Source: Eledone cirrhosa
Taxonomy: Eukaryota
Direction: 5' to 3'
DNA: 64,000 nt
Assembly: GCA_964016885.1 (NCBI GenBank)
Contig: OZ024750.1
Span: 38,130,001-38,194,000 of the forward strand
The stretch's first letter is position 1. Each line of letters opens with the position of its first letter. The notes below the pieces were generated by a model. It saw only the letters and a list, made by a program, of their open reading frames with translations. It was not told the origin of the DNA and did not search any database. The translations under genes were made by a program, and so were the position numbers. Below are positions 15,351 through 30,010 of the stretch, piece after piece.

Positions 15351-17472
15351 ATGACTAACATGTACACTGTATGTGATGTACCATGAAGATATGACTAACC
15401 TGTACACTGTATGTGATGTACCATGAATCTATGGCTAACCTGTACACTGTATGTGATGTACCATGAAGCTATGACTAACCTATACACTGTATGTGATGTA
15501 CCATGAAGCTATGACTAACCTGTACACCGTATGTGATGTACCATGAAGCTATAACTAACCTATACACTGTATGTGATGTACCATGAAGCTATGACTCACC
15601 TGTACACTGTATGTGATGTACCATGAAGCTATAGCTAACCTGTACACTGTATGTGATGTACCATGAAGCTATGACTAACCTGTACACTGTATGTGATGTA
15701 CCATGAAGCTATGACTAACCTGTACACTGTATGTGATGTAGCATGAAGCTATAGCTAAACTGTACACGCTATGTGATGTACCATGAAGCTATGACTAACC
15801 TGTACACTGTATGCGATGTACCATGAAGCTATGGCTAACCTGTACACTGTATATGATGTAACATGAAGCTATAGCTAACCTGTACACTGTATGTGATGTA
15901 CCATGAAGCTATGACTAACCTGTACACTGTATGTGATGTACCATGAAGCTATGACTAACCTGTACACTGTATGTGATGTACCATGAAGCTATGGCTAACC
16001 TGTACACTGTATGTGATGTACCATGAAGCTATGACTAACCTATACACTGTATGTCATGTACCATGAAGCTATGACTAAACTTTACACTGTATGTGATGTA
16101 CCATGAAGCTATGGCTAACCTGTACACTGTATGTGATGTACCATGAAGCTATGGCTAACCTGTACACTGTATGTGATGTACCATGAAGTTATAGCTAATC
16201 TGTACACTGTATGTGATGTAGCATGAAGCTTTAGCTAACCTGTACACTGTATGTGATGTACCATGAAGCTATGACTAACCTGTACACTGTATGTGATGTA
16301 CCATGAAGCTATGACTAACATGTACACTGTATGTGATGTACCATGAAGCTATGACTAACCTGTACACTGTATGTGATGTACCATGAAGCTATGACTAACC
16401 TGTACACTGTATGTGATGTACCATGAATCTATGGCTAACCTGTACACTGTATGTGATGTACCATGAAGTTATAGCTAATCTGTACACTGTATGTGATGTA
16501 ACATGAAGCTATAGCTAACCTGTACACTGTATGTGATGTACCATGAAGCTATGACTAACCTGTACACTGTATGTGATGTACCATGAAGCTATAGCTAACC
16601 TATACACTGTATGTGGTGTACCATGAAGCTATGACTAACCTGTACACTGTATGTGATGTACCATGAAGCTATGACTAACATGTAACCTGTATGTGATGTA
16701 CCATGAAGCTATGACTAACCTGTACACTGTATGTGATGTACCATGAAGCTATGCTAATCTGTACACTGTATGTGATGTACCATGAAGCTATGGCTAACCT
16801 GTACAATGTATGTGATGTACCATGAAGCTATGACTAACCTATACACTGTATGTGATGTACCATGAAGCTATGACTAACCTGTACACTGTATGTGATGTAC
16901 CATGAAGCTATGGCTAAACTGTACACTGTATGTGACTTACCATGAAGCTATGGCTAACCTGTACACTGTATGTGATGTACCATGAAGCTATGACTAACCT
17001 GTACACTGTATATGATGTACCATGAAGCTATGACTAACATGTACACTGTATGCGATGTACCATGAAGCTATGACTAACCTGTACACTGTATGTGATGTAC
17101 CATGAAGCTATGACTAACCTGTACACTGTATGTGATGTACCATGAAGCTATGACTAACCTGTACACTGTATGTGATGTACCATGAATCTATGGCTAACCT
17201 GTACACTGTATGTGATGTACCATGAAGCTATGACTAACCTATACACTGTATGTGATGTACCATGAAGCTATGACTAACCTGTACACTGTATGTGATGTAC
17301 CATGAAGCTATAACTAACCTATAAACTGTATGTGATGTACCACGAAGCTATGACTAACCTGTACACTGTATGTGATGTACCATGAAGCTATGACTAACCT
17401 ATACACTGTATGTGATGTACCATGCAGCTATGACTAACCTGTACACTGTATGTGATGTACCATGAAGCTAAA

Positions 17473-20400
17473 GCTAACCTGTACACTGTATGTGATGTAC
17501 CATGAAGCTATGACTAACCTGTACACTGTATGTGATGTACCATGAAGCTATGACTAACCTGTACACTGTATGTGATGTAGCATGAAGCTATAGCTAACCT
17601 GTACACTGTATGTGATGTACCATGAAGCTATGACTAACCTGTACACTGTATGCGATGTACCATAAAGCTATAGCTAACCTATACACTCTATGTGATGTAC
17701 CATGAGGCTATGAATAACCTGTACACTGTATGTGATGTACCATGAAGCTATGGCTAACCTGTACACTGTATGTGATGTAACATGAAGCTATAGCTAACCT
17801 GTACACTGTATGTGATGTACCATGAAGCTATGTCTAACCTGTACACTGTATGTGATGTACCATGAAGCTATGACTAACCTGTACACTGTATGTGATTTAC
17901 CATGAAGCTATGACTAACAAGTACACTGTATGCGATGTACCATGAAGCTATGACTAACCTGTACACTGTATGTGATGTACCATGAAGCTATGACTAAACT
18001 GTACACTGTATGTGATGTACCATGAAGCTATGGCTAACCTGTACACTGTATGTGATGTACCATGAAGCTATAGGTAAGCTGTACACTGTATGTGATGTAC
18101 CATGAAGCTATGACTAACCTGTACACTGTATGTGATGTACCATGAAGCTATGGCTAACCTGTACACTGTATGTGATGTACCATGAAGCTATGACTAACCT
18201 ATACACTGTATGTGATGTACCATGAAGCTATGACTAAACTTTACACTGTATGTGATGTACCATGAAGCTATGGCTAACCTGTACACTGTATGTGATGTAC
18301 CATGAAGCTATGGCTAACCTGTACACTGTATGTGATGTACCATGAAGTTATAGCTAATCTGTACACTGTATGTGATGTAACATGAAGCTATAGCTAACCT
18401 GTACACTGTATGTGATGTACCATGAAGCTATGACTAACCTGTACACTGTATGTGATGTACCATGAAGCTATAGCTAACCTATACACTGTATGTGATGTAC
18501 CATGAAGCTAAGACTAACCTGTACACTGTATGTGATGTACCATGAAGCTACAACTAACCTATACACTGTATGTGATGTACCATGAAGCTATGACTAACCT
18601 GTACACTGTATGTGATGTACCATGAAGCTATGACTAACCTGTACACTGTATGTGATGTACCATGAAGCTATGACTAACCTGTACACTGTATGTGATGTAC
18701 CATGAAGCTATAGCTAACCTATACACTGTATGTGATGTACCATGAAGCTATGACTAACCTTTACACTGTATGTGATGTACCATGAAGCTATGGCTAACCT
18801 GTACACTGTATGTGATGTACCATGAAGCTATGGCTAACCTGTACACTGTATGTGATGTACCATGAAGTTATAGCTAATCTGTACACTGTATGTGATGTAA
18901 CATGAAGCTATAGCTAACCTGTACACTGTATGTGATGTACCATGAAGCTATGACTAACCTGTACACTGTATGTGATGTACCATGAAGCTATGACTAACCT
19001 GTACACTGTATGTGATGTACCATGAAGCTATAGCTAACCTATACACTGTATGTGATGTACCATGAAGATATGACTAACCTGTACACTGTATGTGATGTAC
19101 CATGAAGCTATGACTAACCTATACACTGTATGTGATGTACCATGAAGCTATGACTAACCTGTACACTGTATGTGATGTACCATGAAGCTATGACTAACAT
19201 GTAACCTGTATGTGATGTACCATGAAGCTATGACTAACCTGTACACTGTATGTGATGTACCATGAAGCTATGGCTAACCTGTACACTGTATGTGATGTAA
19301 CATAAGCTATAGCTAACCTGTACACTGTATGTGATGTACCATGAAGCTATGACTAACCTGTACACTGTATGTGATGTACCATGAAGCTATGACTAACCCG
19401 TACACTGTATGTGATGTAACATGAAGCTATAGCTAACCTCTACACTGTATGTGATGTACCATGAAGCTATGACTAACCTGTACACTGTATGTGATGTACC
19501 ATGAAGCTATAGCTAACCTATACACTGTATGTGATGTACCATGAAGCTATGACTAATCTGTACACTGTATGTGATGTACCATGAAGCTATGGCTAACCTG
19601 TACACCGTATGTGATGTAACATGAAGCTATAGCTAACCTGTACACTGTATGTGATGTACCATGAAGCTATGACTAACCTGTACACTGTATGTGATGTACC
19701 ATGAAGCTATGACTAACCTGTACACTGTATGTGATGTACCATGAAGCTATCACTAACCTGTACACTGTATGTGATGTACCATGAAGCTATGACTAACCTA
19801 TACACTGTATGTGATGTACCATGAAGCTATGACTAACCTTTACACTGTATGTGATGTACCATGAATTCTATGACTAACCTGTACACTGTATGTGATGTAC
19901 CATGAAGCTTTAACTAACCTATACACGGTATGTGATGTACCATGAAGCTATGACTAACCTTTACACTGTATGTGATGTACCATGAAGCTATGGCTAACCT
20001 GTACACTGTATGTGATGTACCATGAAGCTATGGCTAACCTGTACACTGTATGTGATGTACCATGAAGTTATAGCTAATCTGTACACTGTATGTGATGTAA
20101 CATGAAGCTATAGCTAACCTGTACACTGTATGTGATGTACCATGAAGCTATGACTAACCTGTACACTGTATGTGATGTACCATGAAGCTATGACTAACCT
20201 GTACACTGTATGTGATGTACCATGAAGCTATAGCTAACCTATACACTGTATGTGATGTACCATGAAGCTATGACTAACCTGTACACTGTATGTGATGTAC
20301 CATGAAGCTATGACTAACCTATGCACTGTATGTGATGTACCATGAAGCTATGACTAACCTGTACACTGTATGTGATGTACCATGAAGCTATGACTAACAT

Positions 20401-23400
20401 GTAACCTGTATGTGATGTACCATGAAGCTATGACTAACCTGTACACTGTATGTGATGTACCATGAAGCTATGCTAACCTGTACACTGTATGTGATGTACC
20501 ATGAAGCTATGGCTAACCTGTACAATGTATGTGATGTACCATGAAGCTATGACTAACCTGTACACTGTATGTGATGTACCATGAAGCTATGGCTAACCTG
20601 TACACTGTATGTGATGTACCATGAAGCTATGACTTACCTGTACACTGTATGTGATGTACCATGAAGCTATGGCTAAGCTGTACACTGTATGTGATGTACC
20701 ATGAAGCTATGGCTAACATGTACACTGTATGTGATGTACCATGAAGCTATGGCTAACCTGTACACTGTATGTGATGTACCATGAAGCTATGGCTAAGCTG
20801 TACACTGTATGTGATGTACCATGAAGCTATGACTAACCTGTACACTGTATGTGATGTACCATGAAGCTATAGCTAACCTGTACCCTGTATGTGATGTACC
20901 ATGAAGCTATGGCTAACCTGTACACTGTATGTGATGTACCATGAAGCTATGACTAACCTGTACACTGTATGTGATGTACCATGAAGCTTTAGCTAACCTA
21001 TACACTGTATGTGATGTACCATGAAGCTATGGTTAACATGTACACTGTATGTGATGTAACATGAAGCTATGACTAACTTGTACACTGTATGCGATGTACC
21101 ATGAAGCTATGGCTAACCTGTACACTGTGTGTGATGTACCATGAAGCTATGGCTAACCTGTACACTGTATGTGATGTACCATGAAGCTATGGCTAACCTG
21201 TACACTGTATGTGATGTACCATGAAGCTATGTCTAACCTGTACACTGTATGTGATGTACCATGAAGCTATGGCTAACATGTACACTGTATGTGATGTACC
21301 ATGAAGCTATGGCTAACCTGTACACTGTATGTGATGTACCATGAAGCTATGACTAACCTGTACATTGTATGTGATGTACGATGAAGCTATAGCTAACCTG
21401 TACACTGTATGTGATGTACCATGAAGCTATGGCTAACCTGTACACTGTATGTGATGTACCATGAAGCTATGACTAACCTGTACACTGTATATAATGTACC
21501 ATGAAGCTATGACTAACCTTTACACTGTATGTGATGTACCATGAAGCTATGGCTAACATGTACATGTATGTGATGTACCATGAAGCTATGACTAACATGT
21601 ACACTGTATGTGATGTACCATGAAGCTATGGCTAACCTGTACACTGTATGTGATGTACCATGAAGCTATGACTAACCTGTACACTGTATGTGATGTACCA
21701 TGAAGCTATGACTAACCTGTACACTGTATGTGATGTAGCATGAAGCTATAGCTAACCTGTACACTGTATGTGATGTACCATGAAGCTATGACTAACCTGT
21801 ACACTGTATGCGATGTACCATAAAGCTATAGCTAACCTATACACTCTATGTGATGTACCATGAGGCTATGAATAACCTGTACACTGTATGTGATGTACCA
21901 TGAAGCTATGGCTAACCTGTACACTGTATGTGATGTAACATGAAGCTATAGCTAACCTGTACACTGTATGTGATGTACCATGAAGCTATGTCTAACCTGT
22001 ACACTGTATGTGATGTACCATGAAGCTATGACTAACCTGTACACTGTATGTGATTTACCATGAAGCTATGACTAACAAGTACACTGTATGCGATGTACCA
22101 TGAAGCTATGACTAACCTGTACACTGTATGTGATGTACCATGAAGCTATGACTAAACTGTACACTGTATGTGATGTACCATGAAGCTATGGCTAACCTGT
22201 ACACTGTATGTGATGTACCATGAAGCTATAGGTAAGTTGTACACTGTATGTGATGTACCATGAAGCTATGACTAACCTGTACACTGTATGTGATGTACCA
22301 TGAAGCTATGGCTAACCTGTACACTGTATGTGATGTACCATGAAGCTATGACTAACCTATACACTGTATGTGATGTACCATGAAGCTATGACTAAACTTT
22401 ACACTGTATGTGATGTACCATGAAGCTATGGCTAACCTGTACACTGTATGTGATGTACCATGAAGCTATGGCTAACCTGTACACTGTATGTGATGTACCA
22501 TGAAGTTATAGCTAATCTGTACACTGTATGTGATGTAACATGAAGCTATAGCTAACCTGTACACTGTATGTGATGTACCATGAAGCTATGACTAACCTGT
22601 ACACTGTATGTGATGTACCATGAAGCTATAGCTAACCTATACACTGTATGTGATGTACCATGAAGCTAAGACTAACCTGTACACTGTATGTGATGTACCA
22701 TGAAGCTACAACTAACCTATACACTGTATGTGATGTACCATGAAGCTATGACTAACCTGTACACTGTATGTGATGTACCATGAAGCTATGACTAACCTGT
22801 ACACTGTATGTGATGTACCATGAAGCTATGACTAACCTGTACACTGTATGTGATGTACCATGAAGCTATAGCTAACCTATACACTGTATGTGATGTACCA
22901 TGAAGCTATGACTAACCTTTACACTGTATGTGATGTACCATGAAGCTATGGCTAACCTGTACACTGTATGTGATGTACCATGAAGCTATGGCTAACCTGT
23001 ACACTGTATGTGATGTACCATGAAGTTATAGCTAATCTGTACACTGTATGTGATGTAACATGAAGCTATAGCTAACCTGTACACTGTATGTGATGTACCA
23101 TGAAGCTATGACTAACCTGTACACTGTATGTGATGTACCATGAAGCTATGACTAACCTGTACACTGTATGTGATGTACCATGAAGCTATAGCTAACCTAT
23201 ACACTGTATGTGATGTACCATGAAGATATGACTAACCTGTACACTGTATGTGATGTACCATGAAGCTATGACTAACCTATACACTGTATGTGATGTACCA
23301 TGAAGCTATGACTAACCTGTACACTGTATGTGATGTACCATGAAGCTATGACTAACATGTAACCTGTATGTGATGTACCATGAAGCTATGACTAACCTGT

Positions 23401-26400
23401 ACACTGTATGTGATGTACCATGAAGCTATGGCTAACCTGTACACTGTATGTGATGTAACATAAGCTATAGCTAACCTGTACACTGTATGTGATGTACCAT
23501 GAAGCTATGACTAACCTGTACACAGTATGTGATGTACCATGAAGCTATGACTAACCCGTACACTGTATGTGATGTAACATGAAGCTATAGCTAACCTCTA
23601 CACTGTATGTGATGTACCATGAAGCTATGACTAACCTGTACACTGTATGTGATGTACCATGAAGCTATAGCTAACCTATACACTGTATGTGATGTACCAT
23701 GAAGCTATGACTAATCTGTACACTGTATGTGATGTACCATGAAGCTATGGCTAACCTGTACACCGTATGTGATGTAACATGAAGCTATAGCTAACCTGTA
23801 CACTGTATGTGATGTACCATGAAGCTATGACTAACCTGTACACTGTATGTGATGTACCATGAAGCTATGACTAACCTGTACACTGTATGTGATGTACCAT
23901 GAAGCTATCACTAACCTGTACACTGTATGTGATGTACCATGAAGCTATGACTAACCTATACACTGTATGTGATGTACCATGAAGCTATGACTAACCTTTA
24001 CACTGTATGTGATGTACCATGAATTCTATGACTAACCTGTACACTGTATGTGATGTACCATGAAGCTTTAACTAACCTATACACTGTATGTGATGTACCA
24101 TGAAGCTATGACTAACCTTTACACTGTATGTGATGTACCATGAAGCTATGGCTAACCTGTACACTGTATGTGATGTACCATGAAGCTATGGCTAACCTGT
24201 ACACTGTATGTGATGTACCATGAAGTTATAGCTAATCTGTACACTGTATGTGATGTAACATGAAGCTATAGCTAACCTGTACACTGTATGTGATGTACCA
24301 TGAAGCTATGACTAACCTGTACACTGTATGTGATGTACCATGAAGCTATGACTAACCTGTACACTGTATGTGATGTACCATGAAGCTATAGCTAACCTAT
24401 ACACTGTATGTGATGTACCATGAAGCTATGACTAACCTGTACACTGTATGTGATGTACCATGAAGCTATGACTAACCTATGCACTGTATGTGATGTACCA
24501 TGAAGCTATGACTAACCTGTACACTGTATGTGATGTACCATGAAGCTATGACTAACATGTAACCTGTATGTGATGTACCATGAAGCTATGACTAACCTGT
24601 ACACTGTATGTGATGTACCATGAAGCTATGCTAACCTGTACACTGTATGTGATGTACCATGAAGCTATGGCTAACCTGTACAATGTATGTGATGTACCAT
24701 GAAGCTATGACTAACCTGTACACTGTATGTGATGTACCATGAAGCTATGGCTAACCTGTACACTGTATGTGATGTACCATGAAGCTATGACTTACCTGTA
24801 CACTGTATGTGATGTACCATGAAGCTATGGCTAAGCTGTACACTGTATGTGATGTACCATGAAGCTATGGCTAACATGTACACTGTATGTGATGTACCAT
24901 GAAGCTATGGCTAACCTGTACACTGTATGTGATGTACCATGAAGCTATGGCTAAGCTGTACACTGTATGTGATGTACCATGAAGCTATGACTAACCTGTA
25001 CACTGTATGTGATGTACCATGAAGCTATAGCTAACCTGTACCCTGTATGTGATGTACCATGAAGCTATGGCTAACCTGTACACTGTATGTGATGTACCAT
25101 GAAGCTATGACTAACCTGTACACTGTATGTGATGTACCATGAAGCTTTAACTAACCTATACACTGTATGTGATGTACCATGAAGCTATGGTTAACATGTA
25201 CACTGTATGTGATGTAACATGAAGCTATGACTAACTTGTACACTGTATGCGATGTACCATGAAGCTATGGCTAACCTGTACACTGTGTGTGATGTACCAT
25301 GAAGCTATGGCTAACCTGTACACTGTATGTGATGTACCATGAAGCTATGGCTAACCTGTACACTGTATGTGATGTACCATGAAGCTATGTCTAACCTGTA
25401 CACTGTATGTGATGTACCATGAAGCTATGGCTAACATGTACACTGTATGTGATGTACCATGAAGCTATGGCTAACCTGTACACTGTATGTGATGTACCAT
25501 GAAGCTATGACTAACCTGTACATTGTATGTGATGTACGATGAAGCTATAGCTAACCTGTACACTGTATGTGATGTACCATGAAGCTATGGCTAACCTGTA
25601 CACTGTATGTGATGTACCATGAAGCTATGACTAACCTGTACACTGTATATAATGTACCATGAAGCTATGACTAACCTTTACACTGTATGTGATGTACCAT
25701 GAAGCTATGGCTAACATGTACATGTATGTGATGTACCATGAAGCTATGACTAACATGTACACTGTATGTGATGTACCATGAAGCTATGGCTAACCTGTAC
25801 ACTGTATGTGATGTACCATGAAGCTATGACTAACCTGTACACTGTATGTGATGTACCATGAAGCTATGACTAACCTGTACACTGTATGTGATGTAGCATG
25901 AAGCTATAGCTAACCTGTAAACTGTATGTGATGTACCATGAAGCTATGACTAACCTGTACACTGTATGCGATGTACCATAAAGCTATAGCTAACCTATAC
26001 ACTCTATGTGATGTACCATGAGGCTATGAATAACCTGTACACTGTATGTGATGTACCATGAAGCTATGGCTAACCTGTACACTGTATGTGATGTAACATG
26101 AAGCTATAGCTAACCTGTACACTGTATGTGATGTACCATGAAGCTATGTCTAACCTGTACACTGTATGTGATGTACCATGAAGCTATGACTAACCTGTAC
26201 ACTGTATGTGAATTACCATGAAGCTATGACTAACAAGTACACTGTATGCGATGTACCATGAAGCTATGACTAACCTGTACACTGTATGTGATGTACCATG
26301 AAGCTATGACTAAACTGTACACTGTATGTGATGTACCATGAAGCTATGGCTAACCTGTACACTGTATGTGATGTACCATGAAGCTATAGGTAAGTTGTAC

Positions 26401-29400
26401 ACTGTATGTGATGTACCATGAAGCTATGACTAACCTGTACACTGTATGTGATGTACCATGAAGCTATGGCTAACCTGTACACTGTATGTGATGTACCATG
26501 AAGCTATGACTAACCTATACACTGTATGTGATGTACCATGAAGCTATGACTAAACTTTACACTGTATGTGATGTACCATGAAGCTATGGCTAACCTGTAC
26601 ACTGTATGTGATGTACCATGAAGCTATGGCTAACCTGTACACTGTATGTGATGTACCATGAAGTTATAGCTAATCTGTACACTGTATGTGATGTAACATG
26701 AAGCTATAGCTAACCTGTACACTGTATGTGATGTACCATGAAGCTATGACTAACCTGTACACTGTATGTGATGTACCATGAAGCTATAGCTAACCTATAC
26801 ACTGTATGTGATGTACCATGAAGCTAAGACTAACCTGTACACTGTATGTGATGTACCATGAAGCTACAACTAACCTATACACTGTATGTGATGTACCATG
26901 AAGCTATGACTAACCTGTACACTGTATGTGATGTACCATGAAGCTATGACTAACCTGTACACTGTATGTGATGTACCATGAAGCTATGACTAACCTGTAC
27001 ACTGTATGTGATGTACCATGAAGCTATAGCTAACCTATACACTGTATGTGATGTACCATGAAGCTATGACTAACCTTTACACTGTATGTGATGTACCATG
27101 AAGCTATGGCTAACCTGTACACTGTATGTGATGTACCATGAAGCTATGGCTAACCTGTACACTGTATGTGATGTACCATGAAGTTATAGCTAATCTGTAC
27201 ACTGTATGTGATGTAACATGAAGCTATAGCTAACCTGTACACTGTATGTGATGTACCATGAAGCTATGACTAACCTGTACACTGTATGTGATGTACCATG
27301 AAGCTATGACTAACCTGTACACTGTATGTGATGTACCATGAAGCTATAGCTAACCTATACACTGTATGTGATGTACCATGAAGATATGACTAACCTGTAC
27401 ACTGTATGTGATGTACCATGAAGCTATGACTAACCTATACACTGTATGTGATGTACCATGAAGCTATGACTAACCTGTACACTGTATGTGATGTACCATG
27501 AAGCTATGACTAACATGTAACCTGTATGTGATGTACCATGAAGCTATGACTAACCTGTACACTGTATGTGATGTACCATGAAGCTATGGCTAACCTGTAC
27601 ACTGTATGTGATGTAACATAAGCTATAGCTAACCTGTACACTGTATGTGATGTACCATGAAGCTATGACTAACCTGTACACAGTATGTGATGTACCATGA
27701 AGCTATGACTAACCCGTACACTGTATGTGATGTAACATGAAGCTATAGCTAACCTCTACACTGTATGTGATGTACCATGAAGCTATGACTAACCTGTACA
27801 CTGTATGTGATGTACCATGAAGCTATAGCTAACCTATACACTGTATGTGATGTACCATGAAGCTATGACTAATCTGTACACTGTATGTGATGTACCATGA
27901 AGCTATGGCTAACCTGTACACCGTATGTGATGTAACATGAAGCTATAGCTAACCTGTACACTGTATGTGATGTACCATGAAGCTATGACTAACCTGTACA
28001 CTGTATGTGATGTACCATGAAGCTATGACTAACCTGTACACTGTATGTGATGTACCATGAAGCTATCACTAACCTGTACACTGTATGTGATGTACCATGA
28101 AGCTATGACTAACCTATACACTGTATGTGATGTACCATGAAGCTATGACTAACCTTTACACTGTATGTGATGTACCATGAATTCTATGACTAACCTGTAC
28201 ACTGTATGTGATGTACCATGAAGCTTTAACTAACCTATACACTGTATGTGATGTACCATGAAGCTATGACTAACCTTTACACTGTATGTGATGTACCATG
28301 AAGCTATGGCTAACCTGTACACTGTATGTGATGTACCATGAAGCTATGGCTAACCTGTACACTGTATGTGATGTACCATGAAGTTATAGCTAATCTGTAC
28401 ACTGTATGTGATGTAACATGAAGCTATAGCTAACCTGTACACTGTATGTGATGTACCATGAAGCTATGACTAACCTGTACACTGTATGTGATGTACCATG
28501 AAGCTATGACTAACCTGTACACTGTATGTGATGTACCATGAAGCTATAGCTAACCTATACACTGTATGTGATGTACCATGAAGCTATGACTAACCTGTAC
28601 ACTGTATGTGATGTACCATGAAGCTATGACTAACCTATGCACTGTATGTGATGTACCATGAAGCTATGACTAACCTGTACACTGTATGTGATGTACCATG
28701 AAGCTATGACTAACATGTAACCTGTATGTGATGTACCATGAAGCTATGACTAACCTGTACACTGTATGTGATGTACCATGAAGCTATGCTAACCTGTACA
28801 CTGTATGTGATGTACCATGAAGCTATGGCTAACCTGTACAATGTATGTGATGTACCATGAAGCTATGACTAACCTGTACACTGTATGTGATGTACCATGA
28901 AGCTATGGCTAACCTGTACACTGTATGTGATGTACCATGAAGCTATGACTTACCTGTACACTGTATGTGATGTACCATGAAGCTATGGCTAAGCTGTACA
29001 CTGTATGTGATGTACCATGAAGCTATGGCTAACATGTACACTGTATGTGATGTACCATGAAGCTATGGCTAACCTGTACACTGTATGTGATGTACCATGA
29101 AGCTATGGCTAAGCTGTACACTGTATGTGATGTACCATGAAGCTATGACTAACCTGTACACTGTATGTGATGTACCATGAAGCTATAGCTAACCTGTACA
29201 CTGTATGTGATGTACCATGAAGCTATGGCTAACCTGTACACTGTATGTGATGTACCATGAAGCTATGACTAACCTGTACACTGTATGTGATGTACCATGA
29301 AGCTTTAGCTAACCTATACACTGTATGTGATGTACCATGAAGCTATGGTTAACATGTACACTGTATGTGATGTAACATGAAGCTATGACTAACTTGTACA

Positions 29401-30010
29401 CTGTATGCGATGTACCATGAAGCTATGGCTAACCTGTACACTGTGTGTGATGTACCATGAAGCTATGGCTAACCTGTACACTGTATGTGATGTACCATGA
29501 AGCTATGGCTAACCTGTACACTGTATGTGATGTACCATGAAGCTATGTCTAACCTGTACACTGTATGTGATGTACCATGAAGCTATGGCTAACATGTACA
29601 CTGTATGTGATGTACCATGAAGCTATGGCTAACCTGTACACTGTATGTGATGTACCATGAAGCTATGACTAACCTGTACATTGTATGTGATGTACGATGA
29701 AGCTATAGCTAACCTGTACACTGTATGTGATGTACCATGAAGCTATGGCTAACCTGTACACTCTATGTGATGTACCATGAAGCTATGACTAACCTGTACA
29801 CTGTATATAATGTACCATGAAGCTATGACTAACCTTTACACTGTATGTGATGTACCATGAAGCTATGGCTAACATGTACATGTATGTGATGTACCATGAA
29901 GCTATGACTAACATGTACACTGTATGTGATGTACCATGAAGCTATGGCTAACCTGTACACTGTATGTGATGTACCATGAAGCTATGACTAACCTGTACAC
30001 TGTATGTGAT
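17473..30010. repeat. Tandem triplication, period 4,158 bp (104 monomers), 3 copies
   Basis: Variants recur at +4158 twice: TGACTAACAAG 17911/22069/26227, CATGAAGATA 19061/23219/27377, GAATTC 19863/24021/28179, TACATGTATG deletion allele 21561/25719/29877. Confidence 0.95.
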
